From an uncultured Candidatus Peribacteria bacterium (lineage in GTDB: Bacteria; Patescibacteriota; Gracilibacteria; CAIRYL01; GCA-016699755): a stretch of 64,000 nucleotides of DNA. Position 1 is the first letter of the stretch, and each line of letters starts with the position of its first letter. Position numbers and translations under genes: made by a program. The notes under the pieces are model-generated. The model was given only the letters and a program-made list of their open reading frames with translations, was not told where the DNA came from and did not search any database. The stretch spans positions 2,312-66,311 of the forward strand of contig CAZLFD010000003.1 of NCBI GenBank assembly GCA_964558715.1, read 5' to 3'. Of the stretch, positions 1 through 9,381 are shown piece by piece.

Positions 1-3000
1 TATCCTCGAGGAGGATACCACTGTCGACACCGCGGATCTGGGCATCGGTTCCGTTGAGCGAAAGCTCGACATTAAAGGTGTGGCCAGACTCTGCGGTAGC
101 GCCAGAATCTTGGTCGTCCATCTCGTTAATGTCGACACGTACTTCAATGAACTCGGTGTCGTCATCTTCGATGATAAGGTCGAGGTCTTGGAAGAGCGCG
201 ACATCATTCGCGTCGATGGTTGGCACCGAAGCGTCTTGACCACTGGTCTTTTTAACAGCCGTACCATCGTCGTAGTAGAAGAGGGTCACGGCGTCGACGG
301 CGTCGGAGTCGTTGGTAACATCAGCCGGGTCTGTACCCCCACCGCCGTTACCAAAGGTGGTATCAAAGAAATCATTACCCGGTGCATTACCGGTGTCCAC
401 TTCGTTGATGATCACCGAGAGGTCTTCGACTTCGATGGATTCGCGCGATGCTTCGAACTCGAAGACACCCACTGGGATGTCGGTGAGCCCGGCAGCGACG
501 ATTACCGAGTCGGTCTTGTTGTTGTCGACCGAGACGGCGAGGCTACCCTTGAGGGCGACGCTGAAGGTGGCACCACTCGGTACGTCAACCGAGTTAAACA
601 CTTCACCGGTATCACCGTCTTCGTCCTCGAGGTCGATTTCACTGACATCGAGACTAAGAATGATTTCGCGACCATCGGTGGGGCTCGAGGCGATATCGGC
701 GGTCACCACAATGGTGAACTCGTCACCGGCGGGCACAAGAATACCGTTGCTGCCACCGTCTTCATCGAGGTCGTTGAAGACGACTGAGCCGTCGGGAGTC
801 GATTCTTCGCCGGTCTCAAGCGGGGTAAGAACGTTCCCTTCTTTCTTAAAGATAGCGTAGTCATCGATATCACTGTCAGTGGCGGTGCCACTGTTATCAA
901 ACTCAAGCCGACGGATGAAGAGGTCTTCTACTTCGTTGGCACGCACAGAACCCTGCCATACAGTCACATTCTCGGCATCAGACACGTATGTGTCGTCGTT
1001 AAGTGCTTTACCGGTAACAGTAAGCGTGGGCGCGGCGACCGTGTATATTTTGGTCGTCGGGTCCCCACTCGGCTTAATATCGAAGCTGCTCGTACCCTTG
1101 TTTGATTCGATACCCTCCACATCAACGGAATCCATATCGAGAGCAAAGCTGTAATCATCGCCATCGGCAGCAGTGTTTTCCACATCTGCCTGCAACGAGA
1201 GCACAATCACTTCACCGGTCTCGAGCACGACTTCATCGCTGAAGATCACGTCACCACCGGCGTCTGGATCTTCTGGGCCCATAAAGGTAGCACCGGTTTC
1301 AACATTTACCAAGCGCACATCGGTAATATCGGTGGCGTTGTCGAGGTCATCTTGGCCAAGCAGGGTGAGGCCTTCATTCAACTCGACGGCTTCGCCGAAG
1401 TTGCTAATGGTAAGAATAGCAAACTCGACATTGTCGCTGTCTGGCGCGACATCGCGCGAAGAGCTATCGAAGGCGAAGGTGATGTCACCACCTAAGATTG
1501 AGATAACATCGGGTGTACCACTCTCGGTGGCCTCAACGCCGAAGCCGAAGGTAAGGCCTTGGGCGATCACGTCAGAAGAGACCTCGTCGAACTCTACGGT
1601 GAGTGTATCATCTACACCGGCGAGGATATCGGCACGGATACGGATGGTACGGCTATCACCATCTTCAAGCAGCCATCCCTCGTCGACGTTTTCGGTAAAG
1701 TCGAGCGTTACTTCTTCGTTATTGACGAATTCGACAATGTTAGAGATGCGTTCACCTTGAAATTCGGCGAAAACGTTTCCAATATCACCATCATCTACCC
1801 CGTCAAACTCGAATGTCACGGCTTGAACGAGTACATCCTCTGGAGACCCAGCCTCTACTCTAATACGCGCGACCTCAACATCACTCTCACCCACCTCGAC
1901 CTCGTCGTCAGCGACAGACAAGAACTCGAAGTCCAAATCTCCAACTTCAACATCAGCAACACGCATGGTGTTACCACGGAGCGGGAAGTCACCGGTTACT
2001 TCAACAGCACCACCGGTATCGGCACCCACAACCGTAAGATCGGCCGGGTCGACTACCAAGAAGTTATGTTCACCAGCAGAACCGGCAGCACTTAGGTCTC
2101 CTGCAAGTACGATTGTCTTGGTATCACCAGACATCACGACAACTGGGTCAGAAGCGAGGTTGAGTGGAGCGATTTCATCGTCATTTGTAAAAGGACGATC
2201 AGAACCACGCTGTACCATACCATCAAACAGCTTGACATCATCGAAGTCGTTTTGGTCACCAAGGCCACCGTGGCTTACCACAATACCCGTCATTTCGACA
2301 TCTTCATTACCATTGTTGGTGACATCGAGGGCAAGGAACGGAACATTGGTACCGTTACGTGGAACAGACATAGCCTCTGGGCTTTGTGAAGAAAGACTGA
2401 CTTCGAGAACGGCATCAGAAACACCGGTCGGTTCGTCGTCGTCTTCATCGTCGTCTTCGTCGTCGTCTTCGTCTTCATCCATGTCGTCTTCGTCGTCTTC
2501 ATCCGTAGGCTCACAGACATCTTCGCCATTGGCGACCTTGATGCTGTTGGCAAGGATCTTGGTTGATTCGGCACGGGTTACGTTACCGTTCGGGGTGAAA
2601 TTCGTAGGCGTCGTACCGCTAACAATACACTGATTGTAGGCGGTCGCGACATACTCGTAAAACCACTCACCCATCGGTACATCGACAAATGGAGGAGAAG
2701 GTTCGAGCATGGTCTCGATATCACCGGTCAAGAGGATGACCTTGAGCGCTGCAGAGCGGGTGATCGGGAGGTTGGGCCCGAAAGTACCGTCGGCAAAACC
2801 CTGGACGATGTCGAGGCCAGCGGCGATCTCGGCATACGGGAAGTACCAAGCGTCACTCGGGACGTCGGTAAAGGTTGGCGCACCTGCATCGGCAAAAGCC
2901 AACGCGAGGTCATCGACACTGTCGCCGTAAAACGCTTCGATGGCGAGCTTGGTCAGCTCGGCACGTGTCAGCGAGTTGTTTGGAAAGAACATCGTCTTGG

Positions 3001-3193
3001 GGTTGCCTTCGGCATCCTCAGTAGAGATGATGTCCTGTTCAGACAGATCGATAATGAAATCTTCAGCCCAATGGCCGCCGATATCAGTAAATGCCGGGGT
3101 TCCGGCTGTAGCTACTGGTGTAGCGATGAGGATCATGGACATTGCCACGGCCACACTCGATACACTAGCAAGCGTCTTCTTGAGAAGATTCAT
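1..3193 (-). CDS. Large secreted SLH-domain cell-surface (S-layer-like) protein, N-terminal >1060 codons; ORF runs off the left edge
   Basis: Absent from the ORF track because no stop lies in the window. Manual reverse translation from the ATG at 3193-3191 gives the signal peptide MNLLKKTLASVSSVAVAMSMILIATPVATA. Three SLH-type repeats follow (FTDIGGHWAEDFI..., FTDVPSDAWYFPYAEIAAGLDIVQGFADGTFGPN..., FVDVPMGEWFYEYVATAYNQCIVSG...). Next come a pure D/E acidic run (about 2430-2510) and beta-rich sequence (VEVTGDFPLRGNTMRVADVEVGDLDFEF...). The + strand ORFs here are short, multi-frame and low-complexity mirror images. Confidence 0.85.
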   Translation of the reverse strand, partial: MNLLKKTLASVSSVAVAMSMILIATPVATAGTPAFTDIGGHWAEDFIIDLSEQDIISTEDAEGNPKTMFFPNNSLTRAELTKLAIEAFYGDSVDDLALAFADAGAPTFTDVPSDAWYFPYAEIAAGLDIVQGFADGTFGPNLPITRSAALKVILLTGDIETMLEPSPPFVDVPMGEWFYEYVATAYNQCIVSGTTPTNFTPNGNVTRAESTKILANSIKVANGEDVCEPTDEDDEDDMDEDEDDDEDDDEDDDEPTGVSDAVLEVSLSSQSPEAMSVPRNGTNVPFLALDVTNNGNEDVEMTGIVVSHGGLGDQNDFDDVKLFDGMVQRGSDRPFTNDDEIAPLNLASDPVVVMSGDTKTIVLAGDLSAAGSAGEHNFLVVDPADLTVVGADTGGAVEVTGDFPLRGNTMRVADVEVGDLDFEFLSVADDEVEVGESDVEVARIRVEAGSPEDVLVQAVTFEFDGVDDGDIGNVFAEFQGERISNIVEFVNNEEVTLDFTENVDEGWLLEDGDSRTIRIRADILAGVDDTLTVEFDEVSSDVIAQGLTFGFGVEATESGTPDVISILGGDITFAFDSSSRDVAPDSDNVEFAILTISNFGEAVELNEGLTLLGQDDLDNATDITDVRLVNVETGATFMGPEDPDAGGDVIFSDEVVLETGEVIVLSLQADVENTAADGDDYSFALDMDSVDVEGIESNKGTSSFDIKPSGDPTTKIYTVAAPTLTVTGKALNDDTYVSDAENVTVWQGSVRANEVEDLFIRRLEFDNSGTATDSDIDDYAIFKKEGNVLTPLETGEESTPDGSVVFNDLDEDGGSNGILVPAGDEFTIVVTADIASSPTDGREIILSLDVSEIDLEDEDGDTGEVFNSVDVPSGATFSVALKGSLAVSVDNNKTDSVIVAAGLTDIPVGVFEFEASRESIEVEDLSVIINEVDTGNAPGNDFFDTTFGNGGGGTDPADVTNDSDAVDAVTLFYYDDGTAVKKTSGQDASVPTIDANDVALFQDLDLIIEDDDTEFIEVRVDINEMDDQDSGATAESGHTFNVELSLNGTDAQIRGVDSGILLED

Positions 3194-3255
3194 ATCTTCG
3201 TAAGAAAAAGAAAAAGTTTGTAAGCAAGTCACCAGAGATGACTAAGGTTGAAAGG

Positions 3256-3282
3256 GGTTGCAAAGCTTTGGGTTGCAAAGCT
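3256..3282. repeat. Direct repeat GGTTGCAAAGCT x2 (3256-3267, 3271-3282) containing the 10-bp palindrome CAAAGCTTTG; 60-90 bp upstream of the S-layer gene start
   Basis: Read directly: ggggttgcaaagctttgggttgcaaagctgtc. Position is consistent with an operator or UTR element, but its function is unknown. Confidence 0.6.
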
Positions 3283-3320
3283 GTCATAGGTTAGGGCTTT
3301 CTCACTAGAAACGATTGCTG

Positions 3321-3354
3321 CTCTCCTTAAGATAGGAGAGGCTGGGTGAGGTCG
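3321..3354 (+). repeat. Dispersed C-arm/G-arm palindromic element, copy A
   Basis: CTCTCCTtaagatAGGAGAGgcTGGGTGAGGTCG: a perfect 7-bp stem followed by a GGTGAGG-type tail. Confidence 0.7.
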
Positions 3355-3989
3355 AACAAAGATATCGACCCCTTACACTTCCCTCTAGCTCCCTTCGACC
3401 ATGCTCGGGGCAGGTAGGGTCTTCGACAGGGGGAAAGCTATTCAGATATTCTGAATGTGTTTCATCATCACTTATATATACGCACACCTATCCCAAAGTG
3501 ATGGGGTAGGCTTTTGATCCCGCCAAAGCGGAATCGGTTTTTCGATGATGTCAAAGGTCGTTCGTGATCCCGCCGGGTGGCGAGAAAGCCATTTACGATG
3601 AGTTGTCCTCCTCCGCTAGCAACCTGCTTTTGTCGTCAGACATTTACATACCCGCCGATTATCCAGTATGTAGGGGTGTAAAGTCAACGATTTGCGCCTT
3701 GGTAGCGAACATCCGCCACTCTTTCTTAGAGACATGCGAAGTGTGCGATTGCGTGAATCGTGAGTCGAGAAGCAAAAATCTGACTCGCCTATATAAACGA
3801 ATGAAAAGCGAAAATGTTTCATTATTTCGTGTTGCGAGTACACTTTTTTTTTGTAAAGTATAATTTTGGGGCTTTGGGCAGTGAAAAGAGCATGTTATCG
3901 GAGGTGGGGCTAGCGCGCGGAACTTCTCTCTCTGAAATCAGGGGGTTGAACAGCAAATAAAAAAAGAAACATACGGTACGAAGAGAACT

Positions 3990-4029
3990 CGGCCACTCCT
4001 CAATTCCCCTTAACACAAACGGGGAAGCC
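3990..4029 (-). repeat. Dispersed palindromic element, copy A2 (reverse orientation)
   Basis: The minus strand reads GGCTTCCCCgtttgtgttaaGGGGAAttGAGGAGTGGCCG. Confidence 0.6.
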
Positions 4030-4141
4030 TCCTGAAATCACACCGTTAATCTCATCCAAGCTTTCCTAACTCAGGTGAGGAGAAGCCGCATGCATGGGGA
4101 AACAAGACCCAAACTTATGCATCCGTTTAAGAGAAGCGGGG

Positions 4142-5050
4142 TCATCGCCCAGCAAACGAAAACTCAAAATATTCACCATCTTGCTGAAAGATCAGCAGTT
4201 CACCGGCGCTGTAGAAACGAGCATCAGACTCGGCATCATTGCGAAAAAGAAATACCGGTGGGCTGCCCAAACGATGAAACATATATATACCGGTGTGAGT
4301 AATGGCGACAACAGATTCAGATTCGGGCAGATAAAAGGCCTGCTCGATGTTTTCGTCGAAGCGATGGAACAAGAGGTTTTCTTGAGTTTGCGTGTTTTTA
4401 TACAAGATGCCGTTCCCCGAAAAATAGAGAAAGCCAGTGCCATCTGGCGAAAACCTGCCACGGGTGGCATCGGGCACATCTGAAACAAAACCCGGGAGCG
4501 TTCCGTGGATCAGCGAGAGTAATTCACCATTCGCGCTTACTCTATAGTCATCCGCTGCTTCGACAGCTCCAAAAAAACGTGTTTCACCACCATCGACAAT
4601 CTGGGCATCTTGTAAATCTGGATACCAACGGATATACCCTCTGCCCCAGGGGTCGAACAGCAGCGAAGAGAAATCGCCCAATGGTCTTGCAACGAGCGTT
4701 TCTGGAATAAGTTGTAGGTTGCGGTAGCGGTGTGAGTGAACCTGATCGACGATGATCTCTTCACAAAAAGTGTGGAATCCGGTCTGACGCAGACACACTC
4801 GCACATTGCCGGTCGGCACGCCCAAAAACACATCTGGTGAATTGCCGCGCGGTTGACCGTTGATAAAAACAGAGGCTCCCGGCGGAGAGGTCGTCACCGA
4901 TATGACACCAGTCGAGACCAGTTCGCCATCGTGCAGATCGAAGCGCCACCCTTGTGCCCACATGACGAGTAACGCCCCACCGATGAAAAAAAGCGGAGGC
5001 ATAAGCAGGCGAAGCCACCATTGCGGAGGAAGATGATTGCGGTCGAACAT
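4142..5050 (-). CDS. PEGA-domain membrane-anchored protein with a beta-propeller-like C-terminal region
   Basis: 302 aa ORF with an N-terminal TM (WWLRLLMPPLFFIGGALLVMW). PEGA-like segment ISVTTSPPGASVFINGQPRGNSPDVFLGVPTGNVRVCLRQTGFHTF. The start overlaps the cysS stop (TGATG at 5048-5052). Confidence 0.7.
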   Translation of the reverse strand: MFDRNHLPPQWWLRLLMPPLFFIGGALLVMWAQGWRFDLHDGELVSTGVISVTTSPPGASVFINGQPRGNSPDVFLGVPTGNVRVCLRQTGFHTFCEEIIVDQVHSHRYRNLQLIPETLVARPLGDFSSLLFDPWGRGYIRWYPDLQDAQIVDGGETRFFGAVEAADDYRVSANGELLSLIHGTLPGFVSDVPDATRGRFSPDGTGFLYFSGNGILYKNTQTQENLLFHRFDENIEQAFYLPESESVVAITHTGIYMFHRLGSPPVFLFRNDAESDARFYSAGELLIFQQDGEYFEFSFAGR

Positions 5051-6489
5051 CAGCTTACTGGCAAGAGGTCATATCCGTCAGAAGTATCTCGAATAGTAAA
5101 CCCTAGTTCGGCAATGGCGTCGCGCAGGCGGTCGCTCTCGGGCCAATCTTTCTCTTGGCGGGCGACAAGCCGCTGCTCTGCCAAGGCGATGACTTCGGCA
5201 GGGGCTTTAGTGCCTTTGGGAAACAACGGCACACCGAAAGTATTTTGTGCGAGCGTAAAGAAACCCTGCATCGATTCAAGTTCATCTGCACTCAAAGGGA
5301 GGAGTGGCATGACATCAGACACCAATCCATGCACCGCCGCAATCGCCACAGAGGTGTTGAGGTCGTCATCCATGGCAGCTCTAAAGTCTTGCTCTGCTTG
5401 TTGCGCCAGCGATGCAACGCGGTTTTGCGGACGCGTTTCGCCATTGTCGCCACTTGTGGCGAGGTGTAAAAAATTACGGATTTTCTCGAGCCCGTTCGCT
5501 GCCGCAGTAATAGATTCATCGGTAAGATTCACTTTTGAACGGTAATGATTACTGACCAGAAAAAACCGCACCGCTTCGGTGCTGTTGCCTTTTTCAATGA
5601 GGTCGGCCAGGGTATAAAAATTACCGAGTGATTTACTCATCTTCTTGCCATCGACCATCAGGTGTTCATTGTGCAGCCAAAAACGCGTCGGCTCGCATTC
5701 ATACCCGCAGGCCGATTGGGCGATTTCGTCTTCGTGATGGGGAAAGATCAGGTCGACCCCGCCAGAGTGAATATCGAACGGTAGGTCGAAATATTCATTT
5801 TCCATCACCGAGCATTCTAAATGCCAGCCCGGGCGGCCGGGAAAATCGGTTCCCTCAAAATCAAAATTCCAACTGGGTTCTCCGGGTTTTTCAGCCTTCC
5901 AAAGTACGAAGTCTGACAGGTCGTGCTTTTCGACCTCATCTGCCATCGAACGCGTACCCGTTTTCAGGTTATCAAGGTCGAGATGCAAGAGTTTGCCGTA
6001 CGTGTCATCTGCTGCCCACTTTTTTACATCGAAAAAAATCGAGCCATCCACTTCGTAGGCGTATCCACGTTTTGCAATATTACGAATCAATTCTTGCATG
6101 CCCACAATAAATTCCGTCGCCTTTGGGTTTGCAAAAAAAGCACTTTTAGGAATATTAAGCTGTTCAAGGTCGGCGTAAAACAAATCTTCATATTTTTGGG
6201 TGAACTGCTTCAGCGCCTGCATGGGCTCGGCATCTGGGTAAGCGATTTTAGAGTCACGGATGATCTTGTCTTCGATATCGGTAATATTCATCACCCATTT
6301 CACGTTGTATTGATGACCATGCGTCAACCAACGGCGCAAGGTATCGGCGGCCAGATACGCACGCATGTTACCGATGTGCGCGTGGTTATAAACCGTTGGC
6401 CCGCAGGTATAAAATGAGACCTCGCCATCGCGAATCGGCGAGAACTTTTGGAGCGAGCGACCTAAGGTGTTGAAAAGCTGTAATGTCAT
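5050..6489 (-). CDS. cysS: Cysteine--tRNA ligase
   Basis: HIGH motif (NHAHIGNMRAY), KMSKS motif (KMSKSLGN) and a typical N-terminus MTLQLFNTLGR. Start placed at the internal ATG 6489 rather than the track start 6549. Confidence 0.95.
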   Translation of the reverse strand: MTLQLFNTLGRSLQKFSPIRDGEVSFYTCGPTVYNHAHIGNMRAYLAADTLRRWLTHGHQYNVKWVMNITDIEDKIIRDSKIAYPDAEPMQALKQFTQKYEDLFYADLEQLNIPKSAFFANPKATEFIVGMQELIRNIAKRGYAYEVDGSIFFDVKKWAADDTYGKLLHLDLDNLKTGTRSMADEVEKHDLSDFVLWKAEKPGEPSWNFDFEGTDFPGRPGWHLECSVMENEYFDLPFDIHSGGVDLIFPHHEDEIAQSACGYECEPTRFWLHNEHLMVDGKKMSKSLGNFYTLADLIEKGNSTEAVRFFLVSNHYRSKVNLTDESITAAANGLEKIRNFLHLATSGDNGETRPQNRVASLAQQAEQDFRAAMDDDLNTSVAIAAVHGLVSDVMPLLPLSADELESMQGFFTLAQNTFGVPLFPKGTKAPAEVIALAEQRLVARQEKDWPESDRLRDAIAELGFTIRDTSDGYDLLPVS

Positions 6490-6561
6490 CGTCAATCGAG
6501 AATACTTGGAAGGAGGAAGATACTCCTCTAAACTTACTGCAAATCTCACCTTTTGCGCAAG

Positions 6562-7899
6562 ATGAAACTCGTTCTGATCGGTGCCGGCCCCCTACCGGGT
6601 GATAGCAACAAAGTCGCTTCTGCTGCCGGCTTACGTACAGAACAGTTTTTAGCCGAGCTGCCTGCTGATGCAGATATAACACTGATACTGATAGAAAAGA
6701 GCGACTCACGCACAAGTGAGCCGGAGCAGGCTGTGGATAAACGCAAATGCATCAGTATCGACAAAAATGACTCCCGCTTATTCAAGCGTGTAAAGCAAGC
6801 GTTCGCTGCGACAAAACCAGATGCCGTCATCGGTATTAATACCTTTCCGAGCTACGTCGCTGCCAAATGTGTTGACGACCAAACCCCGCTATGGGCAGAT
6901 ATAAATGGCTGGTCGCTGGCAGAAGTGCAGGCACAAGCATTTTCTAAACAGTCAAACACGCCTCTGGCAATGGCGATTGCACGCGAAAAAACCATTGTAA
7001 AAAGGGCAGATCGGTTCTCGGTTGTTTCGACAGCACAGAAATATGCTTTGTACGGCGAACTCGCCCTTCTTGGACGCTTGACAAAAGACACATTTATGTA
7101 CCCTTTTGTCGAAGTTGTCGAAAATACCTGTCGACCGCTGACCGCGTCAGAATCTGTACAAACATCGTCGAGCTTTCGCGGCAAGCAGATACCCGAAGAT
7201 GCCTTTTTGCTGCTTTGGCTAGGCGGCTTTAATGCCTGGGCTGATGCAGAAACCCTCTTCAAAGTAATGGAAAAAGCGATTACTGCGGATGGAAATATCC
7301 ATTTAGCGATTACCGGCGGCACATTGCCGGGTATCGATGAACAAACGTTTCCCGAGTTTCAGAAGCGAGTGGAAAATTCAAGCATTGCCGATCATATTCA
7401 TTTTCTCAGCTGGCTACCAAAGGCGAGATTGGTAGACCTGATGTACGAAAGTGATGTGGGTCTCAATATCGATCGCATGTGCATAGAGACCGAGACCGGT
7501 GCCCGGAATCGCCTAAACGAAATGCTGCGCTTTCGTCTGCCGCTTATAACCACGGCTGGCTCTGAGATATCTCGCATTTTAGGTGAACACGGGGCAGCGC
7601 TTGTTTGCACAAGTGGAAACGTGTCTGATATCACTGATAAAATCTTGCTTTTATCCAAAGATATTGGAGAGCGCAAAAGAGTATCAGACTGCCAAGAAAC
7701 CTTGATAAAAACGCGTTTTTGTGCGACAATTACTCAGAAGCCAGTACGGCAATGGATCACCAACATACAATGCGCCCCAGAACGGTATCAGAAAGGCACT
7801 CTCGGCAAGTTGGCACTACCGGTGGCAGCAGTGGGCTATTTGCGTACCAACGGGGTGCGCGCATTCTGGCGCAAACTTCGCCAACACATTGGTACATAA
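6562..7899 (+). CDS. Glycosyltransferase, GT-B fold (family 1/GT4-like)
   Basis: C-terminal half reads like a Glycos_transf_1 domain (WLGGFNAWADAETLFKVMEKA..., HFLSWLPKARLVDLMYESDVGLNID..., ETGARNRLNEMLRFRLPLITT). Likely start is ATG 6562 (MKLVLIGAG); the track start 6553 is a TTG. Confidence 0.7.
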   Translation: MKLVLIGAGPLPGDSNKVASAAGLRTEQFLAELPADADITLILIEKSDSRTSEPEQAVDKRKCISIDKNDSRLFKRVKQAFAATKPDAVIGINTFPSYVAAKCVDDQTPLWADINGWSLAEVQAQAFSKQSNTPLAMAIAREKTIVKRADRFSVVSTAQKYALYGELALLGRLTKDTFMYPFVEVVENTCRPLTASESVQTSSSFRGKQIPEDAFLLLWLGGFNAWADAETLFKVMEKAITADGNIHLAITGGTLPGIDEQTFPEFQKRVENSSIADHIHFLSWLPKARLVDLMYESDVGLNIDRMCIETETGARNRLNEMLRFRLPLITTAGSEISRILGEHGAALVCTSGNVSDITDKILLLSKDIGERKRVSDCQETLIKTRFCATITQKPVRQWITNIQCAPERYQKGTLGKLALPVAAVGYLRTNGVRAFWRKLRQHIGT

Positions 7900-9368
7900 T
7901 CTGGCTTAAAAAAGCGCTTATTATTCTTTTAAGCGTCATCTTCGCCATGTCGCTGAGCGGCTGCCGAAAAAAATGTGAAGAGGGGTCTTCTACTTGGCCA
8001 GAATGCCAAAACATCGATGCGACACCGCCTCCCAACTACCGTGATATTGTCGTGTGGAACCTGCACGACCCAAGTGATGTGTTTCGCGGAGCGTTTCAAA
8101 CATTTACCCAAACACGGGAGCAGGGGCTTAGCATCAACTATAAGCAATTTTCGAATCCTTACGAATACGAAGAACTTGTCATTAGCGAAATCGCACAAGG
8201 CAAGGGGCCCGATGTGCTGGCCATCGACCCATTGTGGCTGACAAAGTACCCCGAACTGTTTGCGCCGATACCTCCAGATATCATGGTACCAGAACAGGTT
8301 GATGAGCAATTCTTTCCGGTCGTGAGCAAACACCTGGTCAAAACCGATCCGAGTACACAACTGGCGGATATTTTTGCGTTACCGCTCTATATCGACACCC
8401 TAGCGATCTACTACAACGCCAAGATTTTCCGCAATCAGCTCTACAAGATGAATAAGCCCGGTGAAACGTGGGAAGAAATCAAAGAACAAGCTTTTGACAT
8501 GACCGAACAAGATAAATCGATCGAGCGCTTTCGCCTGTCGACCATAGCGTTGGGCCGAGCCGACAATATTCGGTTAGCGGCGGATATAATCGCTATGCTT
8601 TTTTTGCAGTACGGAGTAGACCTCTTTAACGATGCGGGAGATGCAGCCGTCATCGCCGAGGCGCAAGGCACAGCGGGCGGCAGTGGAAAAAAGTATTTTC
8701 CTGGGGTGGAAGCGATGAACCTCTACACCGGTTTTTCAGATTCGCGCTATAAAAATTATTCGTGGAACCGCCTGATCACTGGGCTATATCCGCAACTCGC
8801 TGAAATCGGTGCTTTTTCCCGTGGCAAGACGGCGATGATCCTTGGCTATTCAACCACATACAAAGACATTCTTGCTACCATCCAAGGGCTTGGCAAAAAC
8901 AATGTCGCAACAATTATTCCGGATGATATCGACACCGTACCGGCACCGCAATTGAACGGCTTGAGCAATGATGCCCGTGTCGCACTCGCGCATTTCTACC
9001 CACTCGCCGTTTCTGTCCGCTCGGCTCATCGTGACGAGGCGTGGCAGCTTGTGCACTACCTCGCAACGAATCAGGATTTTGCTCGTCAATACCACCAACA
9101 GACCGGTAAGCCATCTGCACTCAAGGCACTCAACCCCGAGCAGCAATCAAAAGCGCTTCTTGGTGTGTTTGCCCGACAAGTACCCTATGCCGATCTTTTG
9201 AATGTAATAAGCACTGAAGACTTTGAGCAGATATTTAAAAATGCCATCAAAGAGCTCGAAGTACAAGGGCTCGAAGAGCAGGTCTTGCCCACTATGCAGC
9301 TGCGCTTACAGTGTCTGCTCGACCAGACAAAAGGTGAACAGCTCGATACCGATTGCCCTCAAGTTTAA
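7896..9368 (+). CDS. Extracellular solute-binding lipoprotein (ABC-type, family 1/MalE-like), paralog 1
   Basis: Lipoprotein signal (WLKKALIILLSVIFAMSLSGC) followed by an SBP-like body (VVWNLHDPSDVF..., GKGPDVLAIDPLWLTKY, LPLYIDTLAIYYN). The maximal track ORF is 7719..9368. No ATG/GTG/TTG lies immediately before the signal peptide, so the true start is uncertain (see findings). Confidence 0.75.
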   Translation: MIWLKKALIILLSVIFAMSLSGCRKKCEEGSSTWPECQNIDATPPPNYRDIVVWNLHDPSDVFRGAFQTFTQTREQGLSINYKQFSNPYEYEELVISEIAQGKGPDVLAIDPLWLTKYPELFAPIPPDIMVPEQVDEQFFPVVSKHLVKTDPSTQLADIFALPLYIDTLAIYYNAKIFRNQLYKMNKPGETWEEIKEQAFDMTEQDKSIERFRLSTIALGRADNIRLAADIIAMLFLQYGVDLFNDAGDAAVIAEAQGTAGGSGKKYFPGVEAMNLYTGFSDSRYKNYSWNRLITGLYPQLAEIGAFSRGKTAMILGYSTTYKDILATIQGLGKNNVATIIPDDIDTVPAPQLNGLSNDARVALAHFYPLAVSVRSAHRDEAWQLVHYLATNQDFARQYHQQTGKPSALKALNPEQQSKALLGVFARQVPYADLLNVISTEDFEQIFKNAIKELEVQGLEEQVLPTMQLRLQCLLDQTKGEQLDTDCPQV

Positions 9369-9381
9369 TAAGCCGTACCCA

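Noticed and set aside
54-3203. Numerous plus-strand ORFs (for example 80..787, 1173..1760, and 1965..2633 with a poly-Ser run) covering the left 3.2 kb
   Set aside because: They sit in several different frames and are low-complexity (S/T/P/V-rich). They are mirror images of a single uninterrupted minus-strand frame that encodes a coherent SLH-domain protein. The poly-Ser run is the antisense of the D/E-coding GAC/GAA run.
3480-3860. ORF 3564..3863 (+, 99 aa), or a tmRNA-like gene starting at GGGGTAGG (about 3501)
   Set aside because: The ORF is Cys/Arg/Ser-rich with no RBS context or homology signal. The RNA idea lacks a tRNA-like acceptor and T-arm. It is kept only as part of the long non-coding-leader finding.
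4075-4488. ORFs 4075..4302, 4094..4483 (+) and 4192..4488 (-)
   Set aside because: They are antisense or alternative-frame to the PEGA-domain gene (4142..5050), whose domain signature and TGATG coupling to cysS support it as the real gene.
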